Below are positions 27,340 through 39,700 of a stretch of 64,000 nt of DNA, piece by piece (within the stretch, counting starts at the first letter, position 1; each line of letters opens with the position of its first letter). A program made the position numbers and the translations under genes. The notes beneath the pieces were generated by a model. That model was not told where the DNA came from and made no database searches. It saw only the letters and a program-made list of their open reading frames with translations. Origin of the DNA: Ophelia neglecta. Taxonomy: Eukaryota. The stretch lies in NCBI GenBank assembly GCA_965285935.1, contig OZ260661.1, positions 33,728,001 to 33,792,000 of the forward strand. Reading direction: 5' to 3'.

Positions 27340-28400
27340 AATTCCTCAATATGAGATTGAAAAGGAAACCTGATTTCACGATTTGGTTAATAAATGGAAT
27401 TTTCTTGTATCAAGAATGTCGGTGGCTCTTTCGAGTGTCTATGCCAAACTAGGATGACAGGAAAGGCAATTTAGATTGTAGCGCTTCACGTCTTTAAGTG
27501 AGGGCAGCGGGCATTTACAAACCCAGCGGCCACTTTCCTGTCAAATTACGGTGTGGTCTAGACTGTCCAATGTGTTTTTATCCAAGTATATTGTCCCGAC
27601 AATGCGTTGACGAATGGTATCAAGAGACAGTTTCTATCTTCAAACAGAAGGGACATTTCCCCAGTCTAGTAAATAAATTTAACGTGGGAAATTGGATTTA
27701 CAAGCCCAAGATTCCATCTTCAAGTATATCTGCAATGAGACATTGTTGAAATTGTTTGAGTTGGACAGGACATGACTACCAAGCGGTCACCAATGTGAAC
27801 GTAGAAGTCAGGCCTCCTGAAAAGTACACAATGGTCCTCATATATGCTATCACTGAAATCCGGCTAATATTATTTTTCTCTTATACGTCATGTTACTGCA
27901 CCAAGTACTATTGATAACCATCCCCAAACACTTCTCTAACCCATGGAAGGGATAATCATCTCACCTAGGGCTTACTGGAATGCAACAGGCCCGTCATTTG
28001 GTATTCGGCTGTTCCAGTTGCATTTTCATGGAAGTTTGCACTTCAGTACAAGCAGGAATTACGACTTGTGGCATAAAGTGCAAAACTTGCCAAAGTAACA
28101 TGCTATATGATACGTAAACGGACGAGTTCGGATGTGGGATAAAAGTAATAACCGATGTATTATCTTTAGCGCATGCTTCAAATTAAGCAGATATGAAGGA
28201 CAATCCTGGGAAATCCAAAAGGACGTTGCTTCTATACTCGGGAACTATGCAGGACAAATGATAAAAACGTCCCTTGTTTGGACATCATTCAACATTGATT
28301 GAAGAAACAATTGATGTGGATAAAATGGTAAAAACGAAAGCACAAGAAACATGAAACGTCTCTCCTCATACGAATGAATCTTGACTATAACTAATCATGC
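27340..28400 (+). mobile_element. Decayed Penelope-like element (RT C-terminal half + GIY-YIG endonuclease)
   Basis: Colinear motifs: DFTIW; LD; GIYKPS...CP...SI..RQ; IFKQKGHFPSLV (cf. YRKPT...HP...FxxRGYPxxLV); CGIKCKTCQ; CIIFSACFKLSRYEGQS (cf. VIYxIxCxxCxxxYVGQT); SLV..(H)FN. Confidence 0.55.
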
Positions 28401-31400
28401 CGAGCTATAAATATGATTATTGTTCATGCTTCTATTTGTGTAGTTATTGTAATTTAACAAAACCAACTCAATGAGTATGGTGAATAATATAATAATGCAA
28501 TGAGTGTATGTGTTATTGACTTGGGTAGAAACATTACACTGTTTGACATTATGTTGATAAATTTGAATCTCAGTTACAACAAAATAAATCTATAACACCC
28601 AAATAACATATCTAAATGTTGTTCTTCTGTACACCAAAGGCAATTTCAACCTTGAAATCGACGAGCTTGTCTTTGTCTAATTTTTTCTTAGGACGAGTTT
28701 CTTAAATTCAAAAAGGGATTTACTAATGTATTTACACAAAGTATATCCCTTAACAAGTTCCCATTTAAATATTTTCTTGGAGATCACACATCTATAGAAC
28801 TTTATTCAAGCAGTGATCAGCGTATCATAATATAGGAGTTTGTTGGTGAAAGCTGTTTTATCACATTTCAATATTTGGTAGGGGAATTTCATAAACACCT
28901 CTCGCCATTCTGAATGAATTAATTTGACTTGTAAAGCTATGTTATTAATGTCCAATATAATATTATGATAAAATTGAAGCAAAGAATGGAACCATATTAA
29001 TGATAAACAATTTCATATAGCGGTACTTTGGTTACCTTTACTACATCACTATTAAAGCGTGATATTTCTTATCTCATTTCTGATCGTTAGATCTAGCAAT
29101 AACGGGCGATTGATTACATTCAATAAACAGATTGTCACATAATGAAAATATTGGACTGACACGTGTTTTGTTATGGATGCAGATTTGAACAATAATGTGG
29201 TTTGGGTATACAGACCTTTTAGTCCTTTGAGCGTTATACTCTTCTGTTGACAAGTTGTCTGTTCCCCCTATTTCGCTATCATATATGACACAGAATTTAA
29301 GATTAAAACGCTACCGAGAGTGGAAAAATAAGAGATCTGTTTATGGCGTCAAATGGATTAATTCCCAAGTGTCTGGCGGTTAAAAACGTTAATGTTTACA
29401 TCTCTAGTTTGAACATACTATATCAATAATCATTCTTCAAGCAAGCAGAGGGAAACATTACTTTCTTTCTGACATACACGACGGGCGGTTTTGCGTATTG
29501 CCTAATGCCCTTGTTTGAACAACAGAATGCTTACATGAAAATAAGTAGAAATATATATCATTTTCGGAACGCATAGGGCATTTCTATGCAACACCAGGTA
29601 CTGTAACCATATATTACCTGTTCAAATGCCGGGGTGCAAGTTCAAACGCTCAGGTGAACATAGTGAAGAACGTGCAAAAATTAGAATAATTATACATTTT
29701 TACTTTGAAACATATCTTAATATTCAATGTCACACCCATGATTGGTCTGAGAAACAGAAATTGAATACCGGGCAGATGGAAAGCAGAATCATTGTTTCAA
29801 TAAAGCTATTCCAAAATGAGAACAATTAATGTACAGAGAATTGGGCGTCACTTTAAAAATGAACCCAATATAGTTGTTTCATAAACGACTTCCATAAGGT
29901 GCTGTCCAAAACCAAATTGTAGATCCCAATGTCCCGTCATGAATGCAAACTAATGTTACTGATCATCTGTCATCTCGGTTGGCCCAGCTCTGTCTGTCTG
30001 GACCTTTACTTGTCATACAAGAGCAAACTGAACAAGCCATCAGATTGACACCATTTAATTACCTTTCCTTCCGAGAAAGTGATTAATGGATCAAGCTGCC
30101 TACTTCCAGATTGACACGGTGTCCTTATTCTTGAGCCTAATTCAAACGATCAGTCAGTGACAAGACGGCGGCGAAATCTGGCCTGCATTCCGACTCGTAT
30201 TAACGTACTCTAAAAACTGCTAAAACTACGTCGACCACAGAATAACTCAAACTTTGTCTTTTTTCAATGGGAATGGCGGCTCGGTGGAAAGATAAGGCAT
30301 CTGAATCAGACAGCTTAATTAAAGGAATCCCTTTTAAATAGCAATTAATAAGCCTTGGCTCGATCGTTCTCATTTAAAGCAAAATAAACTAAACAATGAT
30401 TGGTTTGAATGACCGACATATCATTCTGCTGCCATAATAGGTGCTCACTGGGCTTCTTATCAGAATTTTTTTCGTGGTTTTAATAATCTTTCCAGATAAG
30501 ACAGACGTGTCATACAAAAGGCAAGAAAGGCCAGCCATATTATTCAGACGAAAGGGACGGGAATTTCCTTAAGGCAATAGTCAAAAATAAACTACATTGA
30601 TATGAACATGAAATGAAAATATATATTTAACTCGCAATTACGTAAATACGATGTAGCACAATTGTACGCGATAAACGATGGTGTAAATATGTGTGGTACC
30701 AACAAGAGTGTTATACACATGAAAAGAAAGGTTTCACAAAGGTGTACATTGATCACGTTATACTAGCATGCATTTATCTATCCCTATAATATGGATATGA
30801 TATCTGCATTAAATCTTTGTCTTCAGAACATACATAGACTCTAATGGTAGGTTGTTTTAATTGTTCAAGACTTAAAATATAGCACGTTTTCACCTTTTTG
30901 GGAATTTATTGCATCGGATACTATAAGCATATGCAGTCGCCCGGCGTCTAGAGCTGCTGTACAAATGCGCATAAATTGTCTAAATCGTACCTAACATCTG
31001 AGAGCGGAGTGTGTTAGCGAAACTCAGTTAACTCCTGCACATTTTTCACACAAGTGTAACAATAACCCGGTGATTTACAAACATGCCTGGCACATTATTA
31101 TGAAGCAGAATGATAAGCTTAGTCGCTAAGTCTCTAACTCATGTGGCCTCATTGCTTCTGTATACGGGGTCAATACATAGTGCAACAGCGTGGATTGACA
31201 GTCATGAAGAGTATTTGCCACATTATGCATGGACACAGTAAATCTCCATAAAAGCCAACTAAGAAGCATTATAACTCTTCATAAATATCCTTGTTGAGTA
31301 GCATAATAATCACCTTCTAGGTAGATCACCATATCTGTGGGAAAGGGTAAAGCAGTTTTGTGACAAATGTCGTCTTAGTCTCTCTGGGCAAGCATGCAAC

Positions 31401-31911
31401 CAAATGAGGTTGTCGGTTCTGTTCAGTTTATATTATTCTTCCGAATTACCGTCTTTGGAACCGACCTGCAGACCAGTAAGTTCAGAGAAAGTGCAAGAAT
31501 ATTCATGTTACATCTTTTCCAGTCAAATGATGTGACAGAATCTCATGAGGTCCTGTTAATTTATTTCCTTTGTTGCTAGGTTGTGTGCTGGAAAAAACAG
31601 TGCTGAAACAAATTTCGATTTTATAAAAAGGATTCTTATGAGTTTGAACTAGAGTTTCCACCCAAACATAATTAAACATTCCTCGAAATACACTATTCCT
31701 ATTTCCACAGGATGTTGGGTATATGCTTCGTGCTTGAGCCTTGGTAAATTTTAAAATTCACAGACTCTCCTTTTGACTGCTCGTGTGTAGATTCATTTTG
31801 CTTTTGTTTTAACACCTAAGCAGTTAGAGATTGCAATTGCTTTGATTGCGCCATGACAGTTAGCATCTGCTTCATACTGAAGTCATATCGTGGTAATAGG
31901 ACTTATTAATG

Positions 31912-33000
31912 TTTTTTTTTTCTAAATCTGTTTATTGACAGACATTGATACGTGATATTACAGAAAAACACATTCATTCGATGGTAAAGGTTGTATACAG
32001 TCAATTCAAATCCATTTGTATATCATACTTTTCAGATTTTCATCACATTATTAAAGGTGGTATCCCATGTCTGGCTTAACCTCTCAGTAAATAGAAAAGA
32101 GGAGTATTTAAAAAAGAAGGATTGCCTTTTGAGGTCAAATTTTAGCAAATTAGTTATGTTACCAGTTTTGTATTTATTCACACCGTCAATACTAGAAACC
32201 CAATTTTTAAAAAGGCAACACAGAACAATACTGAATAGCATATTTCTAACACTGTGTATCAGGATATTTTGTGTATAGCCAAATAAAATTTTCTTCCATG
32301 AAATATCAATCTTAAGGATTTGTCCAATCTTTTTCCACATTTCGTTTACTCCAGCACACTCGTAATAAATATGTTTAACTGTTTCTAGCTCAAAAATTTT
32401 GGGACACCTATCAGTCTCTGTTTTGTTCAATTTTTTTAATATTTCTCTGCTTACAATCCATTTTTGCACTAGTGAATACATGAATTCACTAATTTATTTA
32501 AGAAAAATGTTATGTATTCTATTCATATATACATTGGTCCACTCCGATGTGGAGAGTTCCATATTAAATTCTCTCTGCCATACCCTTTCAGCAATAGGTC
32601 TTCAGAAATGTCTGTAGTATAAGTGCCTTATAGAAAAATTTACATTTTTGATGTTCAACAGTATACATAGTGTTTTCTACAACAAAAAACAATTTTGTCC
32701 ATATTAATGGAAATACTTTAGGCAATACATAAATTCTCATTATTAAAGGCCAATTTAACTACCTTTTTGATAATTGTTAATTCAGAAATCCAGTTTTGTT
32801 TATTAGTTAACCTGGTGTAAATAGCATCATCTTCCAGGAAGACACCATTATCATCATACAGATCTTTGACCCTAATAAAACCACTGCTTAACCAATGTTT
32901 GAAGAGTAATGTTTTTCCTTTAAATTTGAATATTGAGTTACACCAAATTGGTGAAGACAGATATTTGTATGCACATAGCTTATTTGGGGTTATCAGTGAT
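31912..33000 (-). mobile_element. L1/Tx1-clade LINE, 3' segment with zinc knuckle (zf-RVT), AATAAA and poly(A) tail
   Basis: Minus strand reads SPIWCNSIFKFKGKTLLFKHWLSSGFIRVKDLYD...DRCPK..ETVKHIYYEC..V..MW with a few stops. AATAAA at 31936-31931 and A10 at 31921-31912. Confidence 0.9.
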
Positions 33001-33210
33001 TGAATGTTAAATATTATTTAATGTTAATGCGATGTCATGTCACAAGATCCGCTTTCTTGCCTGTGATCTTCTGACGCACTTTTTAAAGCTCGTTTACAAG
33101 CTGTCACACCTCCAGTGACATTTGTCCTAAAAGTACCTCTCGCTGTTTCCGGTTTGGCCATTGTTGACATAGATTGGCAGTGAGCGCTAATCATATGACC
33201 GTTGCCACCG

Positions 33211-33229
33211 CAGCGCCTCCTCGTGGACA
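33211..33229 (-). promoter_or_regulatory. CTCF-like motif
   Basis: TGTCCACGAGGAGGCGCTG matches consensus TGGCCACCAGGGGGCGCTA at 15 of 19 positions. Confidence 0.45.
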
Positions 33230-33260
33230 ACAATTATAACCCATTAATAACCCATCTGCC

Positions 33261-33722
33261 CTGAGGAACTGTCTACAAGTATGGAGAAGCAGAAAATTAA
33301 CATTATATGGAAAAATAACTATTGTTAAAAGCTTAGGGATATCTAAATTGGTTTATAATTTTGCAGTGTTAAGTGTACCAAATGATGTTATTGTGCAGGT
33401 AAATAGAATTATTTATGGTTTTGTATTTAACAAAACAGAAAGACTTAAAAGAAATTCTTTAATTGGCTCTCATGAAGAAGGTGGGTTGAAAATGATTGAT
33501 ATTGTCTCTATGGTGAATGCCTTGAAGGCAGCATGGATACCAAGGCTTGTTCACTCTAAACATACAGCTAGTGTTGTTTCCAAACAACTTGCTAACTGTA
33601 ATTTGTCTCTTAAGATATTAATTGATGGCAATGTTGCTGATTCCACAAATTTTAGTAAGTCATTAAAGATAAATCGCTTCTATATGGATTGTATTACCTC
33701 TTTCAACAAATGTAAACCTATA
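33261..33722 (+). mobile_element. Inverted upstream segment of the same L1/Tx1 ORF2 (post-RT region)
   Basis: LRNCLQVWRSRKLTLYGKITIVKSLGISKLVY...GGLKMIDI...ALKAAWIPRL...FNKCKP, the typical L1/Tx1 segment that precedes the PIWxN motif. Confidence 0.9.
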
Positions 33723-36700
33723 CTAACGGTGGTTATTCACTTTGCAAACTATTGTTTATGAAGCCACTTGGCGGTTTTAAGGGTATATCATGGGTAGTGT
33801 ATTTTTCTAAATGCGTAGGCCCTGGGGGAGGGAGTAGGCCACAAATTAACAAATGTCTATAAAAAAATGCATAATGGGATGAGCGATGCACTCGTGCCAG
33901 TAAGTCTACCAGCCTCAAGTACTTTGAATACCTCAGTCTGATGTTCGATGAAAATTTTCTGTTAAGCTTAAAATAATCAAGGAACAAAACTTTATTCTAT
34001 TTAATATGAAAAACAAATTTTAGGGAAACATAGGACCTTTAGTATTTATTTATTCAATTAGTATTTATATTTAATCAATCAAATGCATGGTTTTGTGAAA
34101 TATTTCAAAATACACATATTGTAAAATTTCAGATTGATTAAAGATGACTAAAAGTTATAAGATAAATTGAACCTATATAGCATTTTCATCAAACATTATA
34201 ATAAATTCTAAAAAAAACACCTCAAAATGTTGTCACAAATAAACAATTAATATTAAAACATTGGATATTTGCACTAAAACAATTTTTAAGGCTTAGGCAC
34301 TAATATTTTGTCTGACTGAGTGCTGATTTCACATGTAACTAGTCAAGTGTTGATGAAATGCTTGATAGACTGGATTCACATTCACCTGAAATTAAGAAAA
34401 AGGTACATGAATATGCAGGGGCTCTTATTTATCATTTGTAATTAACATTGTGATCATTTTCCTGTTATAAGCATTGTGGTATGTCTTATCTAAATTAAAT
34501 GTTTCAATTGGCGGGTTCAACACAGCAATCAGTAAGCATATTACCCCTAAGGGGCATCTCAAAGTTGTCCTGCTGAAGAAAGATTTCACAATTATAAAAC
34601 TAGTTAATGGTTATTTGGTAAAGTTTATTTCGTATTTAGTGTTCATATCGAAAGATATAATATAAAATGAAAACAGGCATGAACATGAACATTTAATTTG
34701 ACAGTAGCTGGCCTGACCACATGTCATGACAACAACCCTTTTGACCGTTACATGAATTAAATTCGGGTCAGTTTAGAATTATATTAGCGTTTTTTGAAAT
34801 CTATCGTTTGAACTTCCATTATATGATACAGAGATAGTGATCAAAGGAACTAGACTTTAATAAACCAAAAATTAACCGTGCTAGCTCGAGCTCTCAATGT
34901 TGACTGGTGAACAATGGCCACAGTGTAATAACCTTGCTATCGCAGCGTCCTCGAGCAAGCGAAACGTGGTTAGTAGCCCATCAATCGTATTGCAAGGATC
35001 ACATCAGGTGGCCGTTTGCGATGATGACGATCAGACAGCCGGCTTACAGTTGCAGCGCAGACATGTCTGTAGTAATAATACTTATGTAAATTATTAGTAT
35101 TAATACGGAGATGTCGCCGCTGCTAGTAATGTCTGTGTTGTTTACTGTATGGTCGCAATCATCAGATCGAAGGACAAGCTCCTGTAATGGGATCAAGGAT
35201 TTTTATTTAATGTGACCTGAGAATATTCTATATTAATATCGCATTAATCGGAATTAACTGTTCAATTCATCGGAATATGGTAAATAGGCGTCGGGTTAGG
35301 TAAAAACAAAATCAGTGGTCAATGTCAATTCTGCCCCATTGGCCTGCGGCCCTACGCCGTTGATAAATGATGCAGACCTATGGGAACGGTGGATTAGAAC
35401 ACGATTGTCTCATATGACGTTTGCTCGGCGCATTTCGACATGCTTCTCGGAAAGCATTGAAATTATATCTAGGCACATTCTCGCAGGTAAATATATAAGT
35501 ACCGTCCATATTTTACACGCCAGAGATTCGATTTTGAACTTAACAATATTTTATCTGAAAGAAAAAGCAATGGTTTTCAAAGTTTGAGTAGAAATTATTA
35601 GTGCAAATCAGCTTTTGTCTTCCAAACCCATTGCAGGTGAGGTATCTATGAAACGACAGATGGCAGCTAAAAAGTGGACGTTAGCTAATTTAAAAATTTT
35701 TCGACGATAAAAGACGTGTTATCGTGAACGTTCCCTAAATCTTGAGTGCATCCTGCCAAGTATAAAGTTTTTAAAAAGAAGCTCCGCTCCAACGGAAAAC
35801 CCCAATTAGGTCACGTCAGGTCAATCGTTATCTTAGCTACACACCCGTAAAACGTCCTGCGACGAGGGCGTAAGAAATATGTGACCATGAAGTGTCGGAA
35901 GCGAATTTTACTGTAACAATATTATGGTGAATCACGGTTTTAAAAAAATGCTTGCTTACTGGTTGCATAAGATTTAGAAACAAAGCAAACGTTCTCTTTA
36001 AATATTTTCCTAGCTTCAATGCAAGTCTCTTTTGATTGTTCACAATACATATTGTACCTCCGGAGTCAATGGCTTCAGCTTACCAATTATTTTGCCTTAG
36101 CCGTCAAAACAGGATTGGATGCCCGGCAGAAAATACAAATCAATAATCATTCATAGTCCATTAAACCGTCCCGAAATCACTCGGGACCGCCGGGGACAGT
36201 ACACGCTGGGCGTCAACACAAAACAGGCGACGACGACTGGTTTTCTTCAATCTAAGATATTATCAATGCTTTTCCCTCATTGACGCAATTCAAACTTATG
36301 TAAATCAGACATCTGATAGAAGACTAAAGTAAATTATATATATAACTGATGATGTATTTAATCAAGTTATTTGTAACTTGCTCCCATTGGCTAAGCCAAT
36401 TGAAACGTGACTGTATTGAAATATCAGCATAGACGATTCTTTAGATATAGATTACACGTTACTGGAAAATCATCTTAATCTTAACTTACATAAACATGGT
36501 ATCAATAGATCATTATCGTTCACGATATCCTTTTTATCTAAACGAGTACTTTATTGAAATGTAAAAGGCTTGCAAATTCAGTTCAGGCGCGATCTTTTGA
36601 CCCGTCAAATTTGTTCAGCGGTTCCCATAGTAACAACATACGAATCTAATAAAAATACCAGCCTATACGTACCGAACAAAAACGTGTAACATTGATTGAT

Positions 36701-39700
36701 TGAAGGTCAACCGTTTGGGCGATAAAGCACCAATTAATAACTTACATCAACGTGTAAAACTAGCACTTTTTCTTCATACTGCATATTCTCCCATATGCTT
36801 AAATGCAAAAAGAAGTCACCCGTACCGCCAGAAGACAATCACTTACACGATAAATAAGAGCTGCCGGGGGATAAAATGAAAATACTAAGGTAATTTGAAA
36901 CACAAAAGAGGGGAAGACTGAATTCAATCATTCGCTGTTTCGAAGTAATTTATCTTTCTTTCTTTTTCAGCAATGGAATATCAATGCAAATTCAACAGTA
37001 TGGCTGCTTGCTACTGATGGTTTTGGAACGATTTAATTGACTCATCAATCGTTATCCACTCCTGATTTTTTTCCATCTTCAATATGGCAGATTTTTTTTT
37101 ATTCAGTTTTGAGTGCATAAATTAGCCTGTAAAAAAGAACCACATACCCACGTACAAATTCTTAGGCATTTCCGGGACCTCAACGTCAATCGTCCCGGAC
37201 TAGCAGTAGTTCGATTTTACGTATTAGCAAGGGTTGTAGCCTCGGGAAAGCGGTTCGTATAGATACAAACCGGAAATCTGACATGGGACAAAATGAAATG
37301 GATTATATAACTGACGATTCAAGATTAATGTCTTACTTTTATATAATCAAACTGGTTAGTAACTGGCAAGCACTCCCTTCTATAGTCACAGGATGGAGCA
37401 ACCAATCAATTATTCCAATTTGGGCCCTTGTATTTCACTTATTTGATTACCAACAACTTCACTTCGGAAAATTGAACTTGTTTAATACAAATGTGTACAC
37501 CGTGGGTCCTATTGATTAAACCACAGCTTTCATTAGGCATTCGGCTGGTAGAGTGGCTATCGGAGATAATTTTTAATGCAGATTAATAAGAGGATGAATA
37601 CTTTCCGAAGTGTATGGTGTTACTACTTAAGCTAATCAATAATTTTGGAAGACATTCATTATCAAACTTCAGATCAAGTATAACTATTGCGGAATAAGAT
37701 TACAAGCAGACAGTTACTGTCATATCAAAAGCAATATTAGATTAGTAGTATAAGTCATTAGGTTACAAAACAAAGAAAGCCAATAGTAAAACCGTCACTT
37801 CATGTCTCACTCTACCTTTTTAAGAGACAGTCTCTGATCTCTGATGTTTTGTATTATAGCGACGATTCTTCGATAAAGAAAATGCGGTTTATTTGAAAAA
37901 TTAGAATTGATACACAGAAAAAAAAGATCAAGACTAAGTCAATCAATTCGGTTAAAGCTGATCAAAATCCAACTGCCAATCATAACATATCATTTTTCAC
38001 AATCGCGAAGAATATCTAGATTAACAATAGACGAGCGAAATGTAAAAAAAAACGATATTCCTTTGAGGAGAAAGGTGTCAGAAGTTTGACTAAAAAGCAA
38101 ATGAATCTAAGCAAAAAACATATCCGGGAGAATAAATGCAGACTAGGATAACACCAATAACACCCTTTACACCAGACAGATACAAAGTTTGGTGCAGTTA
38201 TATGTAATATTTGTCGTATTTTTTTCCTTCAAATTTTATAATTGTACTGCGTGTAAATATTGAACCAGTGAACTGTAATTGATAGATCTTATTATAATAA
38301 TATTTGTTGGCATTGATCACTAGATATACAATTATACTATGGCCCTAAAGTTTTACACATCGAAATATGTAGCTTAGCGGACGTGTTATATCTTTAAAAC
38401 AACATTCAACAGTACTTCGGCGGATCACCCAACCACAATACAAAGGAGTCAGACACCCTGTTGGGAGTCGAAGGGACATTTGTGTTATCACTGTGATGGA
38501 GAGGCTATCAGTGTTGTTGACAACTGTGTGACATATCAACATGACTTGAAAACATAAACGGTTTGATGCAGCATCGAAGGTTAAGACTCGATGCCAACCT
38601 AGATCGTAAAAAGTCCCAATGGGGAAACAGCCTGAAGCGTGCTTTATACAGTTGATCGAGTGGTCTTTACTTTGTCTGACACCCTAGTCAGATATTGACA
38701 TAGGGCTTTACTTGATCACACAGTATTTACACTGGCGGACTTGGATCCAGTCCACCCTGGTTACGCATTATCCACAGTCTCTTTTTAAAAATCAAATGGC
38801 TTCCTTGGTCTACTAACTACTGAATCGAATGCAGCGTGATTTCCCTGAGAAATGCAGCCCGAGGCAGGCAAATCATACGCAACAATTCGCATAAGTTTCT
38901 GCATAAATACGAAACATTACCATACCCAAAAACCCGAATCGGAAAATAAAAAATGTGACATTTAGCGCTCACAAATAGAGTCCAAGTTTAATTTTGATGG
39001 CAATTTAGCAACACTCTTTTTTCCAATTTGACGGCTTCCCATTCATACTTCTTAGTGCAGGGAGAATGGGTTTCATAGGTAATGTGCTTTGATCCTTAAG
39101 TCATTAGCAGCTTCCCCTGCTGCCCTTCAGATTGATGGAAAACAACACATGTGCCATACATATCCATTAATTTTAAAGAAAACCAGAAACCACATTGATA
39201 AATCATACCTGGTGCGATTACCTTTTGACAATTTATTTATTTACGGTAAATATGAGTCTAAAAAATAGATTGCATCTTCCGAACTGTGTATTTTTCCCAC
39301 AAGATAAAGCTCGATTAAGTGCGTGTTTGGCTCCTTATATGTCAACCCATCTCCTTCATCCTTGTTCACGGAAGTGACATGGACATGTTCTGTTACATTT
39401 TTATGATCAAGGAGGGCTATAATACTTTGCCGCGTGCTGTTTTACTAACTCTAATGTTTAAAATAAAATAGATTGTCTAAAAGGCCCGCCATATAACGTC
39501 TGATGTTCCGACATCTGATATGGCGTAGCCTCTAAAAAACTAATGAATATTGCACTCACTAGCAAACATACTGTCTGATGCAAGTAGGTGTGTTTATTCC
39601 TTGACCTTTCTTTTCACTTTCATTAATTAGCTCATGTTTTAAACTTTCAAAATTTCAAAGATTTATTTGAACAACCTGAAATATAATCTATGTCCACAAC

